This document shows positions 35,508 through 45,470 of a stretch of 54,163 nt of DNA, piece by piece (position 1 is the first letter of the stretch; every line of letters begins with the position of its first letter). Position numbers and translations under genes: made by a program. The stretch is from a virus (taxonomy: Duplodnaviria > Caudoviricetes), in IMG/VR virus record IMGVR_UViG_3300047457_001050, positions 1-54,163 of that record; one strand, given 5' to 3'. The notes beneath the pieces are model-generated. The model was not told where the DNA came from. It saw nothing but the letters and a program-made list of their open reading frames with translations, and did no database searches.

Positions 35508-37409
35508 TTAGTTTTTAACTTCAGTAAATTCTGCATCAACAACAGTGTCATCCTTTTTGGCTTCTGATTTAGTTTCAGTTTCTTTCTTGGACTTTTCTTT
35601 TTCGTGCTTAAGATTAATAGCAGGCATAGCCGCAGTAACCAAATTCATAGTTTGTTCTTTGATTTTATCTGCATCATCCTGTGTCATTGCTTCTTCAAGT
35701 TTAGTAATTGCCTCTTTGATTTTATCACTATCTTCTTGTTTGAGTTCATCCTTAACTTCTTCAAGATCTTTTCGAACATTATGAATTTGTGATTCTGCAC
35801 CGTTCCTAGCATCAATCAAAGAACGTTGTTTTTTATCAGATTCAGCATTTTCCTCTGCTTCTTTAATCATTCGTTTTATTTCAGCATCAGAAAGTCCACT
35901 ACTAGATTTAATGGTAATATTACTCTCTTTATTTGTTTTCTTATCTTTAGCACTAACCTTGAGAATACCATTAGCATCAAGATCGAACGTGACTTCAATT
36001 TGAGGCATTCCTCGTGGTTGAGGATCGATTCCTGTAAGATTAAACTCTCCTAACAGCTTATTATAAGCAACTAATTCTCTTTCACCTTGGTATACCTTAA
36101 TAGTAACAGCAGGTTGATTATCTTCAGCTGTGCTAAAAGTTTCACTGGCCTTAGTAGGAATAGTTGTATTCTTTTGAATAACTTTAGCCATTACCCCTCC
36201 TTGTGTCTCAATTCCGAGACTTAACGGAGTGACATCTAATAGCAACACATCTTTTCTGTCACCTGCTAACACTGCGCCTTGAATAGCTGCACCAACCGCT
36301 ACTGCTTCGTCCGGATTAACATCACGTCGTGGTGCTTTGCCGAATAACTGCTCTACTGCTTGCTGAACCTTAGGCATACGTGTCATACCGCCTACAAGGA
36401 TCACCTCATCAATATCTGCTGCGGTTACACCTGCATCTTTCATTGCGGTGCGGCATGGTTCTATACTTCTTTTAATAAGCTCTTCTACTAGACTTTCTAA
36501 TTTTGCTCTAGTAATATTAATGTTTAAATGCTTTGGACCGGTCGCATCAGCAGTTACATAGGGAAGATTAACAGTAGTTTGACTGCTGTTACTCAACTCA
36601 ATCTTAGCTTTTTCAGCGGCTTCCTTTAAACGCTGAAGTGCCAAAACATCCTTAGTAAGATCTACACCTTGTTCTTTTTTGAACTCAGATACTAGATAGT
36701 CCATAATTCGTTGATCAAAATCCTCACCGCCTAAAAATGTATCACCGTTAGTGCTAAGAACTTCAATTTGTTTATCTCCATCAATATTAGCAATTTCAAT
36801 AATACTAACATCAAATGTTCCACCGCCTAGGTCGTATACTGCTACCTTACGATCTTTTTTATCTGCCTTATCTACTCCATATGCTAGAGCAGCCGCAGTA
36901 GGTTCGTTGATAATACGAAGAACTTCAAGTCCTGCGATACGACCTGCATCTTTGGTAGCCTGTCTCTGGCTATCATTAAAATAAGCTGGAACTGTTATAA
37001 CTGCCTGCGTAACTTCATGCCCGAGATAATCTTCTGCGGTCTTTTTCATTTTACGCAAAACTTCAGCTGAAATCTGCGGGGGAGCTAATTTTTCGTTATT
37101 TGCTTCGATCCAAGCATCACCATTATCAGCCTCCACAATTTTATAAGGCATAAGATCAATATCTTTTTGAACTGCTTCTTCTTTAAACTTACGACCAATC
37201 AGGCGTTTAGCAGCATAGATTGTGTTTTTTGGGTTAGTAACTGCTTGGCGTTTTGCTGATGCTCCGACAAGGATTTCTTCGCCGTAGGCAATGATACTAG
37301 GCGTAGTGCGAGCACCTTCTGAATTTTCAATTACTTTGGGATTTCCGTTTTCGATGACTGCAACGCAGCTATTGGTAGTACCGAGATCGATACCGATGAC
37401 TTTACTCAT
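35508..37409 (-). CDS. dnaK: Hsp70 chaperone
   Basis: [40 protein letters not shown] and VVDAEFTEV motifs. Confidence 0.98.
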   Translation of the reverse strand: MSKVIGIDLGTTNSCVAVIENGNPKVIENSEGARTTPSIIAYGEEILVGASAKRQAVTNPKNTIYAAKRLIGRKFKEEAVQKDIDLMPYKIVEADNGDAWIEANNEKLAPPQISAEVLRKMKKTAEDYLGHEVTQAVITVPAYFNDSQRQATKDAGRIAGLEVLRIINEPTAAALAYGVDKADKKDRKVAVYDLGGGTFDVSIIEIANIDGDKQIEVLSTNGDTFLGGEDFDQRIMDYLVSEFKKEQGVDLTKDVLALQRLKEAAEKAKIELSNSSQTTVNLPYVTADATGPKHLNINITRAKLESLVEELIKRSIEPCRTAMKDAGVTAADIDEVILVGGMTRMPKVQQAVEQLFGKAPRRDVNPDEAVAVGAAIQGAVLAGDRKDVLLLDVTPLSLGIETQGGVMAKVIQKNTTIPTKASETFSTAEDNQPAVTIKVYQGERELVAYNKLLGEFNLTGIDPQPRGMPQIEVTFDLDANGILKVSAKDKKTNKESNITIKSSSGLSDAEIKRMIKEAEENAESDKKQRSLIDARNGAESQIHNVRKDLEEVKDELKQEDSDKIKEAITKLEEAMTQDDADKIKEQTMNLVTAAMPAINLKHEKEKSKKETETKSEAKKDDTVVDAEFTEVKN

Positions 37410-37512
37410 AATCTGTTCTCCTTAAAAAGTGAGTAATTTGGCTTATGCCTATATATCAGCCATTAGGTCTGATATAAATTTATTTATCTCTATTATATAC
37501 AACTTTTAAAAA

Positions 37513-37791
37513 TTAGTCATTAGCAACGTGGTCAGCTCTAGGTCCAACTTTATCCAAATATAATCGTTTGTATTCTTCTCTAGATTTAACAGGGTCATAA
37601 TCATTAACAATTTCTTCTTTGGCTATATCAAATAAAGGATGCATCATTTTAGATAGCAAACGTCTAGTCATGTCTTCTAAAACTATATCAACTTTTTCAC
37701 CTTGTGCTATTCTCTGCATGGCTACTCCATGTTCAAACATCCGAGCACGGTAGCACCATTCTTCATATAATTCTCCATTAGTAGGGTTCAT
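37513..37791 (-). CDS. Protein resembling the glutamyl-tRNA reductase dimerisation domain
   Basis: E...AMQRIAQGEKVDIVLEDMTRRLLSKMMHP resembles the HemA C-terminal helices. Confidence 0.5.
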   Translation of the reverse strand: MNPTNGELYEEWCYRARMFEHGVAMQRIAQGEKVDIVLEDMTRRLLSKMMHPLFDIAKEEIVNDYDPVKSREEYKRLYLDKVGPRADHVAND

Positions 37792-37997
37792 TTATACCTC
37801 AAAGCAAAATAAGTAGCAAGTTTTTCATTGTAGAATATAAAGTTAGTATAGCGTCTTTCTTCACCTTCTAGTGAGATTTTAGCCTGGAAATGGGCAAAAT
37901 CAAAATCGATAGCCTGTTTATATCCCTTAGCTCGAAGTTCACGAACTATTTCTAAAGCTTCATCTGGCTTGATATCCCACAACCGTATAGCTATCAT
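37788..37997 (-). CDS. Hypothetical phage protein
   Basis: Translationally coupled ORF. Confidence 0.55.
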   Translation of the reverse strand: MIAIRLWDIKPDEALEIVRELRAKGYKQAIDFDFAHFQAKISLEGEERRYTNFIFYNEKLATYFALRYK

Positions 37998-38848
37998 ACA
38001 TCAATAGTAAAATTTGGATCCCATCCGCTATCCGGTTCATAACCTTCATATCCACGTGGATTACAAACAACTCTAGTAGAACCGATTACATAATCAAAAG
38101 TATCGTGTGTATGCCCATGTGTCCAAAGTTTAATTTGAGGATGGTCTAAAATAAATTCACTCAGATCACTGCGATACGCACCGTTAAGGTGCCAATCTTT
38201 TTCATACCTTGGTTTGGTGCTTAATAGACTAGGAGCATGATGTCCTACCACCACATATTTTTTATTTGGATCATTTTCTACAACTTGTTTGATATAGACT
38301 AAATTCTCACGATGACGTCCTAGTAATGTCAATGGTTTAAGTTTGCTATAGCCTTGACTGCTATCTCTGATCATTCTATAGTCATTCATACTTTGTTGAC
38401 AGATTTGAATGGTAAGGGGATCTCCCTTATTCATATTAGTCCAAAGAGTGCTTCCTACAAAGGTAACGTCTTCAATCTCTTTAGATTCCATTTCTAGGAA
38501 ATAAACATTAGGGTATACTGATGTTTCTTCTCTAAGCCAGGTGTAGGCATCAGGAAATTTGCCGTGATAGAATTCATGATTACCTGCAATGTAGATAACA
38601 TGTGGGAATTGAAAACTAACTCTTTTTAGAAAGTCTCTAAATTGTTGAGCTTTTTCTTGCCTACGTCCTAATCCCTGACCATGAGCAATCATTGATCGCT
38701 CAACGGCATTGGCAGGTTCGGGATGGTCGTGCAGGTCCTGTGCCACCATAATATCGCCACCAAGGATTAGAACATCAGCACCTTGTTCGTTAGTAATGTT
38801 GACGTCACTAAACTCAAGGTGTAGATCGCTAACCAACTGAATTTTCAT
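37994..38848 (-). CDS. Calcineurin-like metallophosphoesterase
   Basis: SDLHLE, GGDI, GNHE, HHAP, HGHTH and NPRGY motifs. Confidence 0.9.
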   Translation of the reverse strand: MKIQLVSDLHLEFSDVNITNEQGADVLILGGDIMVAQDLHDHPEPANAVERSMIAHGQGLGRRQEKAQQFRDFLKRVSFQFPHVIYIAGNHEFYHGKFPDAYTWLREETSVYPNVYFLEMESKEIEDVTFVGSTLWTNMNKGDPLTIQICQQSMNDYRMIRDSSQGYSKLKPLTLLGRHRENLVYIKQVVENDPNKKYVVVGHHAPSLLSTKPRYEKDWHLNGAYRSDLSEFILDHPQIKLWTHGHTHDTFDYVIGSTRVVCNPRGYEGYEPDSGWDPNFTIDV

Positions 38849-38849
38849 C

Positions 38850-39116
38850 TTACTTCCATTTTAAAACAAACCATTGATATTCCACATCTGTTGCCAAATA
38901 TATTTTTACATTGTATTGATCACAGATCCAAGCCCATTTAAGATCCTTACCGTGTTCCAAATATCGTATTGTATCTAACTCCGCACTAGGTCCCCAGGTT
39001 TTCCAACACCAATTTCTTACTTCAAAAAACTGATCCATTGAGATAGTCAAAAATCGAACATAATACTTAAATTGTATATGACCATTATGGCGACGATCTA
39101 ATTTACCTATTTTCAT
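38850..39116 (-). CDS. Hypothetical phage protein
   Basis: Likely start MKIGKLD; WCWKTWGPS motif. Confidence 0.55.
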   Translation of the reverse strand: MKIGKLDRRHNGHIQFKYYVRFLTISMDQFFEVRNWCWKTWGPSAELDTIRYLEHGKDLKWAWICDQYNVKIYLATDVEYQWFVLKWK

Positions 39117-39630
39117 GTAGTTTTCTATAAATGTTTTGAACACCCACGCTTTGTCTAATGGCATCTTGTAGAGCATCATGCTTGTTGCCTTTAGGCATCT
39201 CTGGGTCCCATCCTAGATCAAACAGAGTTCTTGTATCACGTAGTTGCCAATAATTCCAAGGAAGTGTTTTATTTAATTGCTTGTAGATGCTTTCTATAAT
39301 AACAAGATCAAAAGTAGCACCATGGCTCCAAAATGCTTGGCAACCCCAAGCAAATTTATGAAATTGATTTATAGCATCTATGAGTGGAATCCGATTTTCT
39401 GGACTAAATGCCTCCTCCATAATTTTAGGATCTTGTTTGGCCCACCAATCAATAGTGTTTGGGTCAATTTCTCTATTCAATTTATCTTGATCGTCAAGAT
39501 CGATTTTAAAATAAATTGAATCAGTATAACCTGTTTGATGAGGATCAAAATGCACAGCACCAAGACTTAATACTACAGCGTTCGGTGTTACTGCTAAGGT
39601 CTCCATATCAACCATTAAGTGTTTGGCCAT
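39103..39630 (-). CDS. DEDDh 3'-5' exonuclease
   Basis: MVDMETL, HGATFD, RDTRT and HDALQDA motifs. Confidence 0.88.
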   Translation of the reverse strand: MAKHLMVDMETLAVTPNAVVLSLGAVHFDPHQTGYTDSIYFKIDLDDQDKLNREIDPNTIDWWAKQDPKIMEEAFSPENRIPLIDAINQFHKFAWGCQAFWSHGATFDLVIIESIYKQLNKTLPWNYWQLRDTRTLFDLGWDPEMPKGNKHDALQDAIRQSVGVQNIYRKLHENR

Positions 39631-39881
39631 TAGTTGAGTTTCCGTTTATAAGTTTCAATATCTTCCGATTCAAGCTTTTCGAACATTTCGGTTAAAATTT
39701 GAGCCAATTCGGGGTCCTCTTCCGCCATACTTTCAAGATCAATTGGTCTACTATTTTCTAGTATCTCACCAGATTCTACACCTTTTTCGATTTCTTTGAT
39801 AAGGGCATCGAGTTCTTCTTGTGTGCCTTCGAAGCTATCAAAGGCACCTGGCATATAAGTGATTTTAAGTTTCTTGTTCAT
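39630..39881 (-). CDS. Acidic hypothetical protein
   Basis: ORF directly behind a sigma70 promoter. Confidence 0.6.
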   Translation of the reverse strand: MNKKLKITYMPGAFDSFEGTQEELDALIKEIEKGVESGEILENSRPIDLESMAEEDPELAQILTEMFEKLESEDIETYKRKLN

Positions 39882-39887
39882 AGCCTA

Positions 39888-39916
39888 ATTATAGCACGAA
39901 CAATGAAACAAGTCAA
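39888..39916 (-). promoter_or_regulatory. Sigma70-type promoter, leaderless geometry
   Basis: TTGACT, 17-nt spacer, TATAAT, then 6 nt to ATG. Confidence 0.8.
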
Positions 39917-40149
39917 TACATTTTCTTTGGAAGTTCTTGATTGCGTAGCTTTTTCAACCAACGAGCACGAGCGGCGCCTTTTTTTCGTTTTCGTTCAGTG
40001 GTTGGTTTTTCATAAAACATACGACTTCGAATTTCTTCAAGAACGCCCGAATCATCTACTCGTTGTTTGAATTTTTTCAGGGCTGTGTTAAAAGGCATGT
40101 CGCCACAAATGATTTTATTTCCTTGTATAGGAGATTTTGGTTTGCTCAT
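39913..40149 (-). CDS. rpsU: Ribosomal protein bS21
   Basis: ALKKFK..V..SG.L.E.R.R.FYEKPTTERKRKK.AA..R. Confidence 0.93.
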   Translation of the reverse strand: MSKPKSPIQGNKIICGDMPFNTALKKFKQRVDDSGVLEEIRSRMFYEKPTTERKRKKGAARARWLKKLRNQELPKKMY

Positions 40150-40164
40150 ATTTCGTTCAAATGA

Positions 40165-40554
40165 TTATTTATTGAAAACTTCTTCTAAAAAGAAGTCAAT
40201 ATCTGGAACCTGATTGGCATTAATATATGAAAATATTCTAGCTGTTTGCTCATTATGAGTTTGTATATAAACATTTGGTCTTGAGGCTATGTATCCAGAA
40301 ATAGACTTTATAATGTAGCTGTCTGTATCTAGGTCTATAAAAGTATGATTTGCTCTTGCTACAGACCAAAGCAGCCACTCCATTTGATCTTCACCTGAAT
40401 AGAAGTAGACATTAAGGTCTTGGTCATAGGAAGAGTTAGAAAACCATTTGGTTATTTTTTCTTGGTCTTGTTCATTAACGCATATAAACAAAATACTTCT
40501 ATTATAATTTTCGTAATAGTCTGGAGGGGTAATTAAGGTAATTTTATTTTTCAT
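40165..40554 (-). CDS. Hypothetical phage protein
   Basis: Overlapping ORF in the operon. Confidence 0.6.
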   Translation of the reverse strand: MKNKITLITPPDYYENYNRSILFICVNEQDQEKITKWFSNSSYDQDLNVYFYSGEDQMEWLLWSVARANHTFIDLDTDSYIIKSISGYIASRPNVYIQTHNEQTARIFSYINANQVPDIDFFLEEVFNK

Positions 40555-41641
40555 TCAATCTCTTTTGAACATCATCTTTTACATCTTCTGGAACTTCTTT
40601 TATTGTAAGTTGACTACCCTTTATCATATTAGCATAATACTCTACTAGCATATCACCACCTTGCCTGAATTCACCTAAATTTACATTTGAACGTCTTTTA
40701 GATCTAGGATTAGCAGGGGCAGACCACGGGTCAACTGCTTCAAAATTACTTACCGGTTCTAAATCCTTTACCACTGGATTTTTGAGTTCTTCTCTTTCTG
40801 CATGTTGGAACGACTTTTCACTAGGAGTATCTTCTGATCTCTTAGTTAGAGTTTGTTCAATCTGTGTTTGATTTTTAAAATTTTGAAAACTTATCTGGCT
40901 GGCCAATAACAAGATTATGGCCAACGGATCGAACACTACAATTAAAACAATAATAACCCAGGTAACAGATTTTTCTAATACGGTTTGATCAGTTTCACCA
41001 TAGAAGAAGGCTGCTATATACTTAAGAGGACCTACCTCAGCCTCAACTTGCCTAACTTGCGCACGTATTGGTGCGGCCTCGTTAGTAAGTTCACTAAGTC
41101 TTTTCTGTTCGGTTTCAATTTCTTGGGAAATACGAGTGCGATCCCTTTGTTGACTTTTACGTAGAGCAATGGATTTATCCGCACCTTTTTCGTCCTGCGA
41201 TCGTGCCATAACTTGGTCCACTGCATCGTCCATTTGTTTAAGTTCGCGGCGCTTGGTTTCAATACTCTCTTTGGTAGTTTTAATTTTTTCATCATATATA
41301 GCTAACTGACTTAGAACTTCTCCGCCCACTAGGCTTTGGTCACTATGGGCTTTAGACAAAAATCCAAATATGCCCATACTGGTAATGACCATCAATAGTA
41401 TGATAGCAGAAATTAAGTATATTTTAACAGGTTTAGGACATATAGACCAATTCTGCTTTAGCCAAACTGTAGCAACTAGTTTACCTATTTCTAAAGCCAC
41501 ACCCATAATGATAATGGGAATAGCCGCGGCAGCAAAAATGGCAGTTAATCCAACAACCGAATAATAAACAGCAACAGCGGAAATTGCCAGTCCGCTTAAC
41601 AAGGCCAAGTAGGCTAATAGTATCTCATTGAATTTACTCAT
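40544..41641 (-). CDS. Membrane protein with long coiled coil
   Basis: Three N-terminal TMs, TSMGIFGFLSKAH, coiled coil, VFDPLA TM. Confidence 0.7.
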   Translation of the reverse strand: MSKFNEILLAYLALLSGLAISAVAVYYSVVGLTAIFAAAAIPIIIMGVALEIGKLVATVWLKQNWSICPKPVKIYLISAIILLMVITSMGIFGFLSKAHSDQSLVGGEVLSQLAIYDEKIKTTKESIETKRRELKQMDDAVDQVMARSQDEKGADKSIALRKSQQRDRTRISQEIETEQKRLSELTNEAAPIRAQVRQVEAEVGPLKYIAAFFYGETDQTVLEKSVTWVIIVLIVVFDPLAIILLLASQISFQNFKNQTQIEQTLTKRSEDTPSEKSFQHAEREELKNPVVKDLEPVSNFEAVDPWSAPANPRSKRRSNVNLGEFRQGGDMLVEYYANMIKGSQLTIKEVPEDVKDDVQKRLNEK

Positions 41642-41671
41642 AGAGATATTTATTAGCCTAGTTTGAGCAGA

Positions 41672-42064
41672 TTATCTACGCATAGTAGAGATTTCTTTAG
41701 CCTGTGCGTCACTAAATATAGGCACCGCATTGCTCTTATGCATAGTTCCTATGCCTACAATTTTGTCACCTGTATATACAGGAGGTGCTTTTTTCGAAGC
41801 ATTACCTAATCCACTATCTAAGCTTCTAATATGATCAGTAGTTGCTCTACCAGGGGGAGGCTTCAACGAATAAACAAAAGAAGCAGACTGGAGACCTTTT
41901 TTACGCTTAGACTCTTCGTGCTCAATTTGATAACGACTTTTTAAGTCTTGCCAATCTTTTTCAAGATCATCGTGTCTACGTTTATCTTCTGCTGAACGCC
42001 ATTTAAACTTACCTTTACGACGACCAGTAGTAGATAGCCACGGCCCTTCTAGGTGCATTGACAT
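41672..42064 (-). CDS. Hypothetical basic phage protein
   Basis: YTG..I.GIGTMHKSNAVP C-terminal motif; intact ORF. Confidence 0.65.
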   Translation of the reverse strand: MSMHLEGPWLSTTGRRKGKFKWRSAEDKRRHDDLEKDWQDLKSRYQIEHEESKRKKGLQSASFVYSLKPPPGRATTDHIRSLDSGLGNASKKAPPVYTGDKIVGIGTMHKSNAVPIFSDAQAKEISTMRR

Positions 42065-42082
42065 GGTAAATCCTAAAAAAGG

Positions 42083-42232
42083 TTATTCAGAAACTTGAGA
42101 ATAATTTAACACATTGCCTACACCAAATTGTGCTTCAGCAATCATTTTAGCTTCATAGTCATTGTTAGCCCAAACAAATGTGTTCACAGTTTGGAAAGCA
42201 TTAATACGAGCCCAAATCGCATACTTATACAT
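42083..42232 (-). CDS. Unannotated 49-aa early protein (MYKYAIWARINAF...YSQVSE)
   Basis: GGAG SD and a strong sigma70 promoter directly upstream. Confidence 0.65.
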   Translation of the reverse strand: MYKYAIWARINAFQTVNTFVWANNDYEAKMIAEAQFGVGNVLNYSQVSE

Positions 42233-42262
42233 AGCATCTCCTAGTTAATTTACAATACTTGT

Positions 42263-42291
42263 AGTATACTAAATCTCTACGGTTGTGTCAA
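42263..42291 (-). promoter_or_regulatory. Sigma70-type early promoter
   Basis: TTGACA, 17-nt spacer, TATACT. Confidence 0.85.
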
Positions 42292-42312
42292 TGCTGTAGC
42301 TTAGATGCCACA

Positions 42313-43179
42313 TTATTTTAAGTTTTGAATTCGATAACATCCTACCCATGTAGGAGTGCTAGCAGGGGCTCCATTTGGATAACTTTTAGTAACATCACCG
42401 TCGTTTGGATTATTAGTTTTGGTAGCTGGACTTTGATTGCCACCTACGAAAGTATACTTACCATTATTAGCTGTGTAAACAAAGTTTACATGCCTATAAC
42501 TCCAAAAAGCAATATCCCCAGGTTGTGCCTGATCTTTAGGAACACTTACCGCCCCCCAGGCTGCAGGATTTTGAGTAATAGCGGCAGCTGAAGCAGTTTT
42601 TACAAATTTATTTCCAGATGACATAAGACAAAAATTAACAAAGCCCATACACCAAGCAGTTTGATCTGTATTCCAGGGACTTGCTGTTCCAAATCCTAAC
42701 TTTGACCATATTCCTGTTATGTTTGGATTACTAGCTGCACCGCCTTGCCCTGTTTCTCTCCAAAGACCACGATTAGCTTCTCCTAACACATTGGTTAGCA
42801 ATTGCACTAGTCCAGATGCTCCTATTGTGCTAGTAGATGTGCTAATGGTGCCTGTTGTTCCAGTTCCCGGGGTTACATCAACACCGTCCTCAGCAGGGCT
42901 ATAGTTTCCTTTCACCCCATCAGCTGATGCATTACCATTGTAAAAACTATTTGGTCCCGAGGGGTTACTTTGTTGTTGGGCAAGTAAACTATCTGTATTA
43001 CCTTTGGTAACAGTAACAACAGCAGGGTCAACTAAGGCACTAGCGCCATCTACATCTAGATTGGCAAATCCTGAGCTAGTTCCTGCTTTCAACCATAATG
43101 CGACTGGCACATTATTGATATAGACATCATTACTCTTAAAAACATCTTGTATTCTACCGTTACCTGGAATATAGGGCAT
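42313..43179 (-). CDS. NlpC/P60-CHAP-like (TIGR02594-type) peptidoglycan hydrolase, probably virion-associated
   Basis: AWCMGFVN, PGDIAFW..HVNFV and GGNQS motifs. Confidence 0.75.
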   Translation of the reverse strand: MPYIPGNGRIQDVFKSNDVYINNVPVALWLKAGTSSGFANLDVDGASALVDPAVVTVTKGNTDSLLAQQQSNPSGPNSFYNGNASADGVKGNYSPAEDGVDVTPGTGTTGTISTSTSTIGASGLVQLLTNVLGEANRGLWRETGQGGAASNPNITGIWSKLGFGTASPWNTDQTAWCMGFVNFCLMSSGNKFVKTASAAAITQNPAAWGAVSVPKDQAQPGDIAFWSYRHVNFVYTANNGKYTFVGGNQSPATKTNNPNDGDVTKSYPNGAPASTPTWVGCYRIQNLK

Positions 43180-43183
43180 ATTG

Positions 43184-43471
43184 TTATCCTAATGCAATCC
43201 CTGTTGTTCCTTGCATATATTGCTTGGCTGCTTCAGGCTTAGTAGGAACCATAACAAAGTAATGATTCTTTTTTAATGTGTATTCTTGTTTATTACTTAA
43301 GAACATCCAAGGAATCATTCCCAAACTACCTCCGCCCATTGTTAGGGCCAGTGGTCTATTAATTACTACTTCTTCTGCATTTTCACTTTCATACCTAGCA
43401 ATAATTTCATCGCCATTAATCAGTTTTATGCTTACAACATCACCTGGATTGAATGATTTATTAATTAACAT
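43184..43471 (-). CDS. Small beta-barrel (Sm-like) hypothetical protein
   Basis: VVSIKLINGDEIIA motif. Confidence 0.55.
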   Translation of the reverse strand: MLINKSFNPGDVVSIKLINGDEIIARYESENAEEVVINRPLALTMGGGSLGMIPWMFLSNKQEYTLKKNHYFVMVPTKPEAAKQYMQGTTGIALG

Positions 43472-43473
43472 AA

Positions 43474-43959
43474 TTATTCTTCACCTATGAGCCTTTCTAA
43501 AGTTTTGTAATGATCGTAGGCTTTTTTCAAGGCTGCGAATTTTTCAAGTTTTTCTGGAGTCGGTTCTTGTAGTACCGCCAATCTATCTTCAATTTTTTTA
43601 AGCAGGTGTAGAATACTGTGTCCTTGAATTTTTACATCACCGTCAAACTCTGCATTACCTTTTACTGACAGTGAATTGTCTATTGTAGATCCACCACTTG
43701 TGATTGATGGCCAATTAAGACTATTCCAGGCAGGATTAGTTCCGTTAGTGCTGAGGACATAATTACCAGCAGCCGCATATTGACCTGCTCCCGATAAACC
43801 AGTTCCATAATTGTTTATAGATGTATCTATGCTGATAGTATCTAGGTTGAGATCGGCAAGATCCTTAATTTCTAATGTAGAAATTTGTTCAGTATCTAAT
43901 GCGGAAATCTGACTAGCCATATGATCACTATCCGCTGAAATAGAAAACTCTTTATCCAT
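43474..43959 (-). CDS. Hypothetical phage protein
   Basis: Intact coupled ORF. Confidence 0.6.
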   Translation of the reverse strand: MDKEFSISADSDHMASQISALDTEQISTLEIKDLADLNLDTISIDTSINNYGTGLSGAGQYAAAGNYVLSTNGTNPAWNSLNWPSITSGGSTIDNSLSVKGNAEFDGDVKIQGHSILHLLKKIEDRLAVLQEPTPEKLEKFAALKKAYDHYKTLERLIGEE

Positions 43960-44188
43960 TCGCTACCTCTTTTAGATAGTCCTTCAATTCAGTAAATCCA
44001 CCTATTAATTGATCATCCAGAAAAATTTGTGGAACTGTTCTCGCCGTAGGAACTGCTTCTAGTAATTCTTCCTTGGTCCATCCATCACCGATTTTTCTTT
44101 CTTCGAATTGGATTCCTTTTTGTTTGAGTAAAGATTTGGCCTGATCACAATACGGACAGTGATATTTGCTCCAAACTATGGCTTTCAT
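43952..44188 (-). CDS. Glutaredoxin
   Basis: CPYC, TVPQIF and IGG motifs. Confidence 0.95.
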   Translation of the reverse strand: MKAIVWSKYHCPYCDQAKSLLKQKGIQFEERKIGDGWTKEELLEAVPTARTVPQIFLDDQLIGGFTELKDYLKEVANG

Positions 44189-44358
44189 TTTTCTTTCCTT
44201 TCAATTTCCACTAAGATAGATTCTCCTACTAATTCTTGCACAATATCTTCTAGATTAGCGTTAAAATCTTTGTTTAGAAAAGAGGTAGTGTCCTCTTCGT
44301 CATTTTTTATTAATTTACTTAATCTTAATATCACAATTTCCTCATGTATTTTGGCCAT
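44185..44358 (-). CDS. Unannotated 57-aa protein (MAKIHEEIVILRLSKLIK...)
   Basis: Fills the nrdB-glutaredoxin gap; AGGA SD; ATGA overlap with the glutaredoxin start. Confidence 0.6.
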   Translation of the reverse strand: MAKIHEEIVILRLSKLIKNDEEDTTSFLNKDFNANLEDIVQELVGESILVEIERKEK

Positions 44359-44366
44359 ATAATATC

Positions 44367-45470
44367 CTATATCTCTGGCAATAGTTCATGCTCAACATGA
44401 TCACTCATTACACCAATGACATAATTAGTGCTTTCATTTTCCTGTAAAGCAGTCTGCTTTTTATTGATGTTAACGTGTTTGTTAAACCAAGGAATAGGAT
44501 TGGATTTAGGATGATCCTCTTTATATCTGATACCTATTTCTTTTAATCTTTCAAATGCAGTATAGTCTACGAAATCTTTTAATATTTGTGGATTAAGGCC
44601 AATAACCACTCCTTTGCTGAACAAATAGTCTGCCCATGTCTTTTCTTCTTTTATTACTGACACATACATACTATAGACTTCTTCTCTGGTAGAATCTACG
44701 ATTTCTGCAAATCGTGAGTCTTCTTTCTGAACTTGGTTAATGATCCACGCAGTCCACTCTGCATGTAGCAACTCATCTTGGAGAATTAGGCTAATAATAT
44801 TCCCATTACCAATAAAGATTCTATTTTCGACCATGGCCAGGCTAGTGGCAAAACTGACCATGAACCTTAGTGCTTCTAGTGCATAACTGGCATGCAGCGC
44901 CAACCAAATTGCCTTAACATGTTCTTTCTCGCTAACAAGCTCGGGGTTAACTTCTTTGATACTGTTTAGGCTGTGCAGTTTGTCATAGTATTCACCTACA
45001 CTAGATGCCATGTCTACAATTTCTTTAGTATCATGTATTGTGTTAAACGCATCTTTAGGAACACCGTATACATTTCGTATAATATGACTGTAGCTTTTAC
45101 TATGAATATTAGTTTCAAAGAAACTCCAATTATTAATAAGTGCTTCTAATTCAGGAATACTAACTACTGGAGCAAAAATTTGACTAGGAGCACGACCCTG
45201 GATGCTATCTAAAGCAGTTTGACGTAGAAGATTACTTGTAAAAATATGTCTAACAGCATCACTAGCCTCTTTAAAGTCAATTTTATCTTTTGTAAGAGTA
45301 ATTTCTTCAGGAACCCAAAAGAATCCTCGAGCCAGCTCTTCGAATTTTTGAATTTTTTGATATTTGACTTCTTCAAATCTCTGCACTGTAACAGGTCCTT
45401 CTGGATCTAAAAACATTTTTCTTTTTAGATAATTTGTCTGTTTCGAAATATCATATTGCAATTTACTCAT
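44367..45470 (-). CDS. nrdB: Ribonucleotide reductase class Ia beta subunit
   Basis: FFWVPEE, QTALDSIQGR, ETNIHSKSY, EALRF, DELLH and QENESTNY motifs. Confidence 0.95.
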   Translation of the reverse strand: MSKLQYDISKQTNYLKRKMFLDPEGPVTVQRFEEVKYQKIQKFEELARGFFWVPEEITLTKDKIDFKEASDAVRHIFTSNLLRQTALDSIQGRAPSQIFAPVVSIPELEALINNWSFFETNIHSKSYSHIIRNVYGVPKDAFNTIHDTKEIVDMASSVGEYYDKLHSLNSIKEVNPELVSEKEHVKAIWLALHASYALEALRFMVSFATSLAMVENRIFIGNGNIISLILQDELLHAEWTAWIINQVQKEDSRFAEIVDSTREEVYSMYVSVIKEEKTWADYLFSKGVVIGLNPQILKDFVDYTAFERLKEIGIRYKEDHPKSNPIPWFNKHVNINKKQTALQENESTNYVIGVMSDHVEHELLPEI

